The position numbers and the translations under genes are program-made. From Dimorphilus gyrociliatus (lineage: Eukaryota > Animalia > Annelida): 64,000 nt of DNA. The notes below the pieces were generated by a model that saw only the letters and a list, made by a program, of their open reading frames with translations, was not told where the DNA came from and made no database searches. Shown here one piece after another: positions 41,365-54,200 of this stretch (position 1 is its first letter; every line of letters starts with the position of its first letter). The stretch lies in NCBI GenBank assembly GCA_904063045.1, contig CAJFCJ010000012.1, positions 1,798,001-1,862,000 on the forward strand. The letters are read 5' to 3'.

Positions 41365-42652
41365 TTTGACGGTTGATGAACAAATGAACTGTCAGTACAA
41401 CTGTTTTCATTTGGAAATAGAGTAGTCGAAGGTCTTTATATAGATTAAAAACTAGGTAAATTTGAACCTATTTACAACTGGTGATACGACTAAATTTTCC
41501 GAATATTGATCGTAGTTTATATTTGAATTCCAAGATTTCAGGTATTTAAATGCTTTAATCAATTAATAAACTCTATAGATATGTTTGCATGTTTAATACA
41601 GTAAAAAAAACAAGTTTAAGCCAAAGACTCCCGCAAAGTTTACAATGATTAATAACATCGTTGATTGTACTTTCCAACAAATTACAATATCTCTTCGAAT
41701 TATGTATTTAATTGCTGCAAAAGCTATAGAATGGTTATCTAAATTTTTTAAACTCAAGATAGTCTGTTATTTAAATTAGGAAAACTTTTTAATGTTAAAA
41801 ATATGATTTGATTGAAAATTCTATCAAAAATAAAGGCATTCATATTCTGTATCATTGACAAAGATTGAAACCTGTTTACTACGTTGGGTGAATCAACAAG
41901 AGGCAGACATTTGACCGAATTTTAACCAATCAGAATTGCCCCTTCATAATCATATACGAAATATCGAATGTTTTAATCTTTTATATAAGTATAATAAGTT
42001 AGTTTATCAGTTAACTTTTTACAGCTAGAAAAAGTATATCTATTGCATAATTCTATCTGTTAATTTCATATTCATATCTTGTTGTATTTCATAAAACGTC
42101 CAATGTTGATAGACCTAGAAATTTCAGACATTTTAAATTTAAATCAGATTTACTTGGAAAAAGAGACCATTATCATGCGATATATGCTAGAGGACATTGA
42201 ATTTAATCACGTGACTCGAAAGGCTTTTTACTTTACTGGTTTCTTTTCTATTGCCATGCGTTGGCTCTGTACACATAAAGTAAAGACGTCTAGGTACAGA
42301 ATAATCGTTGGTATATGATTGCACTAAACTATACGAGATTAGTAAGCAATTTTTAATGGAGCAATATTTTGGAGGTCATGGACAGAATCTAGTTCTTTCA
42401 ATTTTAGGTAAAAAGAACTACTGACCTCTACTCATATCTATAATTGTGTTTATTGTCCTATAGACAACAGAAAGCTCACCTATGATTAAATTCATACAGA
42501 TTTTGAATGCATCCCTATTTACTTTTCGCCTGCCGACCCTTCTTCCTTGTTCATATTTTTGAATTCTCAACAACTATGGTGGAGGAATATGTTTGAAATG
42601 AATTTAATTACTTGTTAGTTAGATTTCTTAAATATTAATTAGCCTGTTTATC

Positions 42653-42655
<3 letters not shown>

Positions 42656-42690
<35 letters not shown>
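42656..42690. repeat. (TA)n microsatellite, longest of several in the window
   Basis: Uninterrupted TA run. Shorter ones occur near 12356, 15995, 19211, 31665, 33887, 43486 and 60838. Confidence 0.9.
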
Positions 42691-42692
<2 letters not shown>

Positions 42693-43760
42693 ATCTTCCC
42701 TTTTCTGTATGAATCATCAAAAAAGATGTTAACAATTCAATACCAGAACTAGGTAGCCCAGACAATTTTAAGTTACATTTCCCTTACAGATTACTATTTA
42801 TTACTAATAGAATTAACATATTTTATAATTAATTGATGATTATACTCATTTATTTCTCTCCTAAAATAATCAGTTGTTATTTGAACAGATTTCTTTTTCT
42901 TTATCTTTGATAATAAAAAAAGCATTCTGATTTGAAATTAAAACAAAATTAAAGGTAAAAGAGATAGTTTATATAAAATATAATGAATAAATAGACTTTT
43001 TTCTTGGCAAAATAGACTGTTGAATAAGATATTACTCAGTTTTTCTTTTATTTTTACTTGATCTCTAGTGCTTTTCAAAATTACATGGATACAGGTAAAT
43101 ACTTCTAAGAAAAATACTTTTTCAGAAAAATAGATTGAAATAAAAATACTGAGCTCTGATATTTTCATGTGAAAGTTTCTTGAATAAACTTTAATTTAAT
43201 GTTAATACTTGATTTTATTTTTAATCTACCTTTTATATGGCAAATAGATAGACTATTTCAGTATTTAGTCGGGGACGACAGCAAATAGAAAGTTAAATAC
43301 ATACAATCCTTTAAAACTAAGGTAGCGACACCTGGTGATAAATATCTTTTATAACTTTTTTTGCAAATTGTTGAATAAGAAAGGAAAGATGAGGGTTTTT
43401 TTTCTTAACAATGACATTTTAGGTTCCTTTTTCAATTTTAAAAAAGGACATAATGAATAAAAAGCGACCTTACTTGCATATCTTTATATATATATATATA
43501 TAAATGTATTCAGAAAAAAATCATTCAAATCTATTCATCATCATTTTTTGCACATAGAAACTATTGCAAGATATTTTACTCGATAAAAAATAGGAATCCA
43601 TTGGTTCAGACTTTTTTCGATGCAGTTTCATATCAATTCGATAGATGGCGTTTTATTTGTTGTTGAGTGAAAATAGAAGAAATTCTCTCCATATATTCGA
43701 TGGCCGTTCGGTCACGTGATTATACGTATTTTTACTCAATTTTGACTTGATTATATGATT

Positions 43761-46700
43761 ATGGATTTCAAGAATAAAATAAAGAAAGTTTTCAATGATA
43801 TAAAGGTTTATTTCTCTTTATAATCATATATTTTTTGAATATTTTCAGCTGTTACTTTGTATTTAAATGATCTATCTCTTCCCTCTTTAGGAATCGAATA
43901 AAACGAGCCCCGAAGATGATCTAACCGTTCTGAATCTCTTGCAAAGCTCAGTTGATAAACCGGTAAACCTTTAGTCGTTATTCCGCAAGCAGAACGTTTT
44001 AGACAAATGTTTTTGAAATCCTCCCATTTTCAATCTTAATATCGCCATCTGCCAATATCCCACCAACTGTTTGCAAAGCGTGTTCTCTGATATTTGTAAA
44101 AATCAAATAGTTCAATCTTTTGAAAAATCACAGTATAACACTAATGATAAAAAAAACAAAATAGACGGTAACTGTACAATAACCTTATTTACAGGTGACT
44201 TCAAGTCAATTTACTGCTGATCCACATGCAGATCGCCAAGCTATAGAGAGCATTGAAGGTGTTTATTATAAAGATCCACAAGCCTTTTGTGCGGGAGATT
44301 ATGAATTGAAAGTAAGAATTTTTTCACAATTGTGATTGTTTTTTGAAAAAGAATATTTATTTTATTTTTTAATTTTTCTCTAACAGAAAATACTTAAAAA
44401 TTTTCCTGATATCGATAACGTTCAACCAGTCATTGGTTGTATTGATGATAATATCAATAGACTAAAAAAGCAAGCTATGGCAGTTTCTAGAAAAGTATCG
44501 GAATTAGTATTAGAAAATCATCCAGCCTACGCTGCCGAATTGGATAGAGTTATTGAATTACAAGGTGATTTATCAGTAGCTGCTACAGTATGTACCGACA
44601 GCAGAAAGTAAGCAATACTTAATTATTTTGTACAAAGCAGTTTATTTATTTATTTATTCTATTTTCAGGGAGCTTGCAGAAACAAAAAGCAAGTTTACAG
44701 GGGCTAGTTTATTACTTTTAGCAAATTATAATAGAAAGAAACATTTAACTTCGGTTTTACAGTCATTATATACAATTAAAACTCTGGTGAGTTTTCCTCT
44801 TAATCTAAGAAAAAATGTTCATCTCATTTTCTGTTTCTTACTATCATTTATTAGCAAAGAACTGATGTCCGGGTAAGGGAGTTATTAGAGGCTGAAGACT
44901 ATCCTGGAGCAATTCAATTATGTTTAGAGTGTCAGAAAGCGGCTTCAACGTTTAAACACTTTAATTGTATTAGGTAATGCGTAATGTTATGTGTTTTATA
45001 TTTCGAAAATATGAATATTTTTGATTGCTTTTTAGCGAATTGAACACAAAACTAGGCGAAACTCTAGTCACTATGGAGGAGTGTTTGGATAAAGCTCTGT
45101 GTAAAGTTTGCACTCATTTCGATCCATTAAATTATAATAAGATACAAGCTGCATTTGGACAACTAGGAAAATCACAAGCTGCCCTGGATCAATTACATAT
45201 GCACTTTACTTCCGTTATACATAATACTGCTTTCGTAAAAGTTTTGGGATATGCTCAATTGAGTTCTGAGTCGGATGACACTTTAAGGAGGAAACAATAT
45301 CACGAACTATGTTCGCAAGTTTCTTCAGACCTGTTTACTTCATGTCTAGTGGATATTTGCAAAGCTTTGTGGCAAATAATGTTTAATTATAAACGCGTTT
45401 GCAAATGGCATGAAGAAAATGAATTAACTTCAAACGGTGAAGTTAGCGAGGCTCACGCTCGTTATGTCCGTCATAAATTAGTTCATGGTAGGATACGTAT
45501 ATGGGATGATATTCAACAAAGAGTGAAAATGTTTATATCTGTAAACGATTTAAGTTACTTTTTGTATGACCAATTTATAAATGTTCTCGATCTTATTACA
45601 ACTTTAACACAAGTTGGAGAAGAATTTTGTGGATCAAAAAGTGAGAGTTTAAAAGAATGTTTGAAAACTCAGAGTGTTAACTACTTTCGACATTACCATC
45701 GCATTCGAATGGATGAATTGAGAATGTTTCTAGAAAACGAAACATGGCAAATTTGTCCACTTAAATCAGGCTTCAACATATTCCAATTACACGTAAGCTT
45801 CATATATTTATTTCAATTATATTTTATCATCGATTAATATTATAACAGGAATTTAAATCTATTATTAACAATAAACCGTCAGTTATTCCAGAAAGTTTGC
45901 ATAATAGTGCCAAACAATCTCCAATTGTTTCAGAGGTTAAATATTTTTTTACTTTAAAATTTGACACATTACAAATTGAAAACAAAAATAACACAAAAAA
46001 TATCCATAGCCCTGCAGCCGAAGGGATAGTTTAGAAAATATAAAAACGGAATATGATTACTTTGAAAAGTATACTCCTGATAATAGTCCATTTGATGTGC
46101 AAAAAGAAGACAAAGTTGAAGAAGATGTACTATTAGTGAATGAGGTATACTAATTTGATTTCTATATAATATATAATTTCTCGATTATAAATATAGTCTC
46201 AAGACAACAATAGCCGTTCAAATCTTACTAATACATATGATAGCGAATCCGAATCAGACGTTGAGGATGAACTTAAAAAGGACTTTGTTGATGAGAATAC
46301 AGGTGAAACAAACCATAATTTTAGTGCAATAGCGTAAGTTTTATTAAATAATTAGAAATTAAAGAATACTAACGAAAAATTTTGTTTCTAGATTTATATC
46401 AACACGAGGAAGACACGATAAGTGTGCCCCTATTGTTACAAACACAACATTAAGTGTTTGTAGATTATTTGGTTTGTAATCTAAATTGCTATTATTGTAC
46501 TAGTCAGCTAATAAAATAGTTTTATTTTAGGCAAATACATGCAAATGATGACTGTTTTAACATCAATAGCCTTTGATGTTACTATTTGCTTATCCCAACT
46601 CTTCGATTTTTACCTCTATTCAGTAACTATTTCTTTAATCTCCCAAGTTTAAAATGGTTATATAATGATTATTTTCGTTCAGGTATACTCATTCTTTTGC

Positions 46701-47798
46701 GTTGAAGAAAATGAGACGGTAATATTCTTTATCAAATAAATAATTAGGTGTACAGTATGTCTAAATGTAAATATCATTATTTTCTCTAGTCTGAGGACAA
46801 TAATTCTTTCCTATCGCCTAAATTAACTACTACTCTCCGACGTATAAAAGAAAATTTGATTGTTATGCCAGACGAAGAGGAGGGAACTGAAGCATCTAAA
46901 AATAAGATTATTAGTCCAATGCTCTCCCTTTGCGTTGATAAAAATAACTCTGAAGAATTATTCGGTTTAACCGAAAGATTAGTTGCCACCGAATCACTAG
47001 TCTTTCTAGCTGAACAAACAGAATTATTGCAACCTCATCTAGAAGCTCTTATTCCAACAACTAAAAGAGCTTTTCTACAACAATTTTATTCTCAAACGGT
47101 GTGCATAGCTAAAGAATTAAGAAATCCAGTTTATCGTGTCGTAGCTGTTAAATCGATAGACTATGAATATTTATGTGGTTTGATGACAAATGTTCGATAC
47201 GATTTAAAAGAAATTCTTTCTCAGCATAGTTCCTATATTGACGTTATTTTGCAGGTAATAATCTATTTACAATATTTTGCTATGAATTAAATTTAAATTG
47301 TTTTTTTTTTGAAAGGAACTAAAAAATTTTGCATTAAGAATGACTGGTGTCAATCAAAGAGTTCCCATTCCAAAAGATGTTACAACTATCATATGGGATC
47401 AAGTTGTAAGACTAATTAATAGGACAATGTTAGAAGGATTTTCCAGTGCTAAAAAATGTACTAATGAAGGAAGGGCTCTAATGCAATTAGATTATCAGCA
47501 ATTTTTGATACAATTAGATAAATTGACTGATTTAAGACCGATTCCCGATAGGGAATTAGTTGAAAGTTATGTAAAGGCATATTATATACCTGAGATACAA
47601 CTCGAAGGATGGATTAAAGAACATAAAGTTTGTATTTTTTTAAATATTTTGTGAAAATATATTATATAATATTCTCTTTCCTTATAGGACTATTCCATTA
47701 AGCAGTTAGTAAATCTTTTAAATCAAATACCTCATTTGAATAAGAAGACGCGACAGAAATTAATAACTAATTTAGAAGAATCAAACCGTAAACCGTAG
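43761..47798 (+). CDS. VPS50: Syndetin (EARP complex subunit VPS50/CCDC132), roughly 16 exons
   Basis: [78 protein letters not shown]. Confidence 0.95.
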
Positions 47799-48429
47799 AA
47801 AGAAGACTACCAAAATATTGCTAAATGTAAAACTTAAAAGTCAATATAATTTAAGAGCAAATAAAAAGTGCTTAATAGTCAATCACTTTAATTTATCAAT
47901 TCGAACGAAAAGGAGTCATAATTTCTTATCTTTTTTTTTCCAGTTTATGATTTGTTTTATTTAATTTTATTTTCTCGACTGAAGTTTTAAAATAATAAAG
48001 AGCTCCCGTCTGATTATTTAATTACTTTGATTACTTTCTATAAGTATTCACTAGTTAAATAATAGCTTTATTATATTCTTGTCTTCTACACTTGAGGTAC
48101 TTTTAAAAATTGGAATTATATTCGATAATGTATATTTCTGCTATCCATGTGTGTTTTAAATCTCTTCCAGAAATATATTCAATTTATTAATTTAACTTGA
48201 TACAGATTGATAACTAAGGTATATACCTTTAAATACTCTTCACGATTGAAAGATGTGATTTAGAAACTATAAAGCTCTTTTATTGAAAAAAATATGCAAT
48301 TGAGCGATAATACAAGTATTAAGGCTTTGCATGCTGTCTGTATTAAACAGAAAGAAAAGTTTCTAATATTAATAGCCAGTTTATTAGTAATTACGTGTAA
48401 AAATAATTTACAGATTACCAATTTTGACT

Positions 48430-49694
48430 ATGTCGCTGATATTTGCACGAAGATTTGGAAGATTAATAACAAGTTTACCAAAAAATCATATTAAATACGT
48501 ATCAAGTTCATCAAATACAGTTAAAAATAAAGATGATAAAAGTCTGTCAGTACAAGATGAAAATGAATCAACAGCACCAAAAGATATTGGGGGATACGAT
48601 TACTTTCGATATTTGGCCGAAATGGCAAATGTAAATCCAATAACAATTTCAAAACAATTAGACGAAGTTTTAAAAGAAAAACACTTTAAAGATGACCATA
48701 GAAGTTTGGAAAATTTAAAACCAGTTTTACCTTCAAAGAGTTTAAGTCTTGCAGCTTACGCAAATGACTCTAAAGTTATACAAAAGTTTATTAAATTAGG
48801 AGTAAATTTAAGAAATATTGAAGTGAATCATCCAAAAATGGCTAATTTAATATTAAAATTAGATTTCGAATTGGATATTCAACCGTTATTATTGTATCTA
48901 TGCAATAATGGGGTCGATAAAAAAGATCTGGGTAAAATAATAACAAAAAGCCCAGAAATACTTGAAGTTGATTATGAAGAGTTACAAGCAAAACTCGACT
49001 ATTTTCTGTCTAAAAAATTTACCAGAGAAGCAATTGGTAGAATAATAACAAAGGCTCCGAGAGTATTATTAAGAAATCTTAGAGAAGTTGATAGGGGTTT
49101 AGGATTTTTACAAAAGGAATTTATGTTAACGGGAAATGAAGTTAGAGAATGTGCAACAAAACATCCGAAACTTATTACATTTAATAGGAAATATATACAC
49201 GTAAGTTGTAATAGTACATCTCTTAGTTAATAAAGTATTTATCCTTTTTTATTTTATCCTTCTACAGTTGAGTAGGATAAACCTTAAGGAAATTTGCGGT
49301 TTTAACGATAACGAGATCAAAAGTATTGTATTGGCAACGCCTAAAATTCTATTAGAAAGTTTGTTTTCGAGTTTCTTTTTTACTTTTTTCCTTTTTTTAA
49401 CAAAATATATTTTCAGATCGATTTACTATTGAAAAAACGTTTAACTATGTTCATAATGTTATTGGGATAAGCCATTCTTCAATTTTACATTGGCCGGATA
49501 TATTGAGGAAAAGATTGACTCTTATTAAAGAAAGACACGAATATCTTAAAGCTATTGGCAGGGATCAGTACGACGAAACAAAAGAAAATTTCGTATCAAC
49601 TAAAGCATTATCTTCTGGTAGAGACAGTGAATTTTGCGAAAATGTTGCCAAAACATCAGTCAAAGTCTATAATGATTTTCTAAGAACTTTATAA
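48430..49694 (+). CDS. MTERF3: Mitochondrial transcription termination factor 3
   Basis: Basic presequence MSLIFARRFGRL, SLAAYANDSKVIQKFIKLGVNL, LKLDFELDIQP, mTERF repeats, and C-terminal RHEYLKAIGRDQYD...YNDFLRTL*. Confidence 0.88.
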
Positions 49695-49817
49695 GAAATC
49701 TTTTATTATCATTCATTCAAGAATATTAAGACTAAAGAATTTATTTAAACAAAAACAACAACAATAAACGTAACTAATTTGAAATATAAACAAATATCTT
49801 TTATTATAAAAGGAAAA

Positions 49818-51035
49818 ATGAATAGCGAAAGTGAAAGAAGTTTATCAAATTCTCCAATTTGCTGTATCGAAACTGAAACAAGTTCCGCTGTATTTCTAAA
49901 GACAGTTAATAATCATAATAGATTAGAGACAAAGAAAATAAATAACAAAATATTACTAAGGAAACCATTGAATTCAGAGTTAAGACAACAAACAATGCCC
50001 ACTTGTATGGTTATATTCCGCCCTTTAAAAACGTCTATTATCTTTTTATGTCTTTCTATAATTCATCTTATTATTGCATTGATTTGTCTTGTTGCATATG
50101 CTAAAGTAATTCAAGTTAAATTTGATTATACCGATTGTAAATCATTCAATATGATAAATGTTACTTGCGCAAATTACTTGAAAAACAAGTTTGCGAAATG
50201 GAATCGTTTAGAGAGGCCATCTTGGAAATTTTGTATATGTGATATTGAAATTATTTTAAAGCAATCAATTCCAGGAAAGGTATTCCTTTATTATGAATTA
50301 AGTAACTTTTATCAAAATTCTCGTTTATACGTTCAATCCGTTGACGAAACTCAATTAAAATATGCAAATTACTTATCAACTGATGGTAATTGTGAACCTT
50401 TCAAAACTTTTAAAGTATTATTAGGACTGGATATATTGCTTCTGTTTAGTTAATTCGTGATATAAATGACCTAATTTATACTTTATAACATATTAATTAA
50501 GGACGAAACTACTGGTAAGATAAAGTATATCTTTCCTTGCGGTACAATAGCTAATTCGTGGTTTCAAGATGATTTTCAATTATATCATATAAATGATACG
50601 AACTTTCCTCATTCGTTAGATTTAGATAAATCAAATATTGAATGGACTACAAATTCAAGAAGATTCGGTAATTTTAATGTAACCAATCAGAATCGATATC
50701 AATTTCCATTAAGATGGCAAAAGTACCATTCAAACATTATTAAGGATGCTGGTTTTCGTAATTGGATGCTAATATCATTATTGCCTACATTTAAGAAACT
50801 TTACGCAGAGGTTAAAGTAGAAGATGATAACGAAGGCCTTCGTTCAGGAAATTATAGATTGATTGTTGATTATTTATATGATGTAAAGACATTTAATGGT
50901 AAAAAGTCAATTATATTATCAAATACTAGCTTTATGGGCGGTAAAAATATCTCCTTTCCGGTCTCTTTCTTCATAGCATTTCTTGGATATTTCGGTATTT
51001 CTTGCCTTTTTTATATTATACACAAAAAGAATTAA
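49818..51035 (+). CDS. CDC50/TMEM30 family P4-ATPase beta subunit, divergent
   Basis: KPLNSELRQQTMP, TM1, FDYTDC, VFLYYELSNFYQNSRLYVQS, PCGTIANSWFQDDF, WMLISLLPTFKKLY, SNTSFMGGKN, TM2. Confidence 0.85.
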
Positions 51036-51261
51036 TATATTCTATATTTTCTAATACATGTAAATTTATTCATATTTTTCATTTGAAAATAAATGTAGCA
51101 ATAAAAAAATGAATATTAATTAAGCTACTGTTTATTTAAATATTTGAATTTATGTAAATATAAGGTAAATTTTAAAATAGTTTATTCGAGACACATAAAC
51201 AAAAACAATCAGGGAATTTCTAAGTTATTTAATCACAAAATAAATAGAAAATTTCCAGAGA

Positions 51262-54200
51262 ATGAGTAAGCATTTTAATTTATTCATGAATAATTAATTA
51301 GCTAATTTAAAATAATGTTTTAAGGTTATTCTCCTGAAAATTCCGAAGAATTTCAACTAAACTCTACAAGTTTTTTACCACCTTGCCAACAGTTCATTAT
51401 TTAATTATTAAATATGTAAATTAGGTGAAATGATTTAAATAATTTTGAATTTTCCAAAAAAAAAAAATTAGGCGTTCAAGAACTTTAATAAGCGTTGTTA
51501 AAGAACAAATACAGCAATTAAATCAAGATGTTTCTATCAAAAACGTTGAAAATAAATGGAAAGACTTGAATTTGGAAGGAAAATCGAAATTATTAATTAA
51601 AGATAATAGTTTCTCGCTTGGAAATGTTGGAGAGGCAGTAAATTATCTTTTTAATTAATTTAATTTATTCAGTCATTCATTCCAATTCTTAAATACGCTT
51701 ATATACTCTATTTTTACTATTTGTAGTTATATCTCAAAGGAAATAAATCAAAATTACATAACTTCTATACTGAAGATCCTCTTATGAAAGTGCTACCACC
51801 GGATTATAGGCCTCTTTCCGATCCTTACGTTGGGGTTGGATAGTTTATATTATTTTTTAGCTTTATTATCTTATAATATAATATTTAAATAGAACTTTTA
51901 TAAATCTGGAAGAAATAGGAAGAGGTTACTGCATCTTGGTTCTATTTCGGCTAATAACAGAGCTATGTGTACTCCTAAAGATTACAGAAGATTTTTCGAA
52001 TATATGAAACAAATGGAAGGATTTAGAATAAGGGAAGAAGAATTGAAAGGCAATGCTATTGATGAAAAATTAAAAAAACAAATTACAAACAAACCTTTAA
52101 GAAGTACTTGTTTATCTTTACCGGAAGTCGTTACATTAAAGAGAAAAGAGTTGATGGATTTATATATTTGGATGCAAAAAGTTTGGTGTTTAGTTGGAAA
52201 AGAGAGGATAAATCAGAGGAGAATGAGAGCGTTAGCTATAAAACGCGAAGAAGATAGATTACAGAAGATACTTAAGAAATTAATCCTTTGGAATAAAAAG
52301 GACAAACTAAAGAGTAGTAATAGTAAAGGTTTGTAATTTAATTTTACTATTTCTTTTCTATTTATATTGTTTCTTTTCTATTTTTTAGACAATTCAACAT
52401 CTTTGCCGTCAATTAAAAATTGTAAGTACAATTGTCTTTCTTATCTAATCTTTTCAAAACAATAAAATATGAAAAACCAAATTTAAAAAGTCTGTTATCA
52501 TTTTGTTGTTTTTCAGTTAAAATTCCTAGTCGATTTCATCATTACGATACACCTTCGTTAAGTAACCTTTCAGCTGAAATTGATGAACTTCTTAAGAAAG
52601 GTCTACCTAAATTCCATTCTAATCAAAATGATAAGAAACCAAAATTAAAGAAGAAAACGAAGAGAAACGAAGATAAAAGATCAAAATTCAAAAAATTGAT
52701 AGATGATCAATATTCAAACCTATCAGCATCTTTAAAGAATTCTAATTCAATAGTTGATGATAAAGGGAGCAAATTATCAATAAAGGATGATTATACTCTG
52801 CAAAAGCAGTGGAGAGATATATCATCAACTATAGTTGAATGGATTATTTATAGTGTAACAGATTTAATCATTCCTCTCTGTCTTGGAAAAACGAAACAAT
52901 CGACAACAAGAAGATCTATTTCGCCTATAAATAAAGGTATAGTAGTTTATTAGCAGTTAATTAATTAACTATGTTAATTGAATATGTTAATTAATTCATT
53001 TTAGATTCGGATAATATGAAGAGAAATGTATCATTCAATAAAATTATTAAAGTAGCCGAATCAAAGAGTTGTAATTCAGAATTAAGTGATAATGTAAATC
53101 TACTTTGTTCATTCTTAGTCTTCATTTAATCCATCTATCTTTATCACTTACGCTCTAGATTGTTGACGATGATAGACGTACAGCTACTAATGAATTTGAC
53201 GATGATTTACCTTCTTCCCAATTGGGTTTAAGGTCAAGAGATTCATTAGAATTATTGCGTAATACTTCGTCATATCTTGCCGTTCATCCGAATGAAGCTG
53301 GTAACGCACTATTAATAGTATCAAAGGCAATAACGGCTGGCCTATTAAAGTCGGAACAAATACATCGCCTGTTTAATTGCGTAGCGGATACTTGCCCTAA
53401 ACTCGACAAACTAGCCCTAGACGAATTGCTAAATGATCAATCGAATGATACCGCTATCAATAATCTAGCATCATCCGTTTTGCATTCAACTTTAGCGAGG
53501 AATATTAAGATAATTCAAATTCAGGAAAAAGATGAAAATTTCCACTCTAGACCAAGGGGAAAAGGCGAAGAAAACGACGACAACGATGACGATGATAATA
53601 ATAATGATAATGAAGAACAAGAAAGTAAAGATGACATTCTCCTAGCTCAAGAATTAAGGAGTATCACAAAGAATTGTTTTAAAGTGGATAATTCAGACTG
53701 GAAAGTCGTCGCTATTGATTTCTTAGCGCACGCTTTTAGACAAGTTTATGCCTATTATCTAAAAGATAAAAAAGAAACAACCAGAGAGGATATTAGAGAA
53801 TATTTAATGGATCATATAGCTGATATGTATCTAGAATCTTCTCCATCAATCTATTCCGAGAATATTATGATACTCATCGAAAAGTTCACCAATTTACAAA
53901 ATAATTGGTCTTTACGTTTAGGTTGTCCTTTACATTCCAGAAAAATAGACTCGGATACAGTTAATTTCATAAAAACTTCACTAATGAATGCTGTAACCTT
54001 TCAAGAAGAATTAATTAGTAAAATAATTGATTACAGTCTTAATTGTTCCATTACTACTACTGCTGTTGATGAGGACAATCTCTTACGAGTTAGCGGCCAT
54101 ATTATTTGCAATTGTAAACCTCATATTGCGAAACCTATGTTAGAGATGAACAATTATTACCAATCAATTGCCTCATCTCAGGGAAAGATAAAGAATAGAT

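Noticed and set aside
43963-44194. Longer VPS50 intron with a GCAAGCAG/CTGTTTGC stem
   Set aside because: No correctly placed snoRNA boxes or guide; could be incidental structure.
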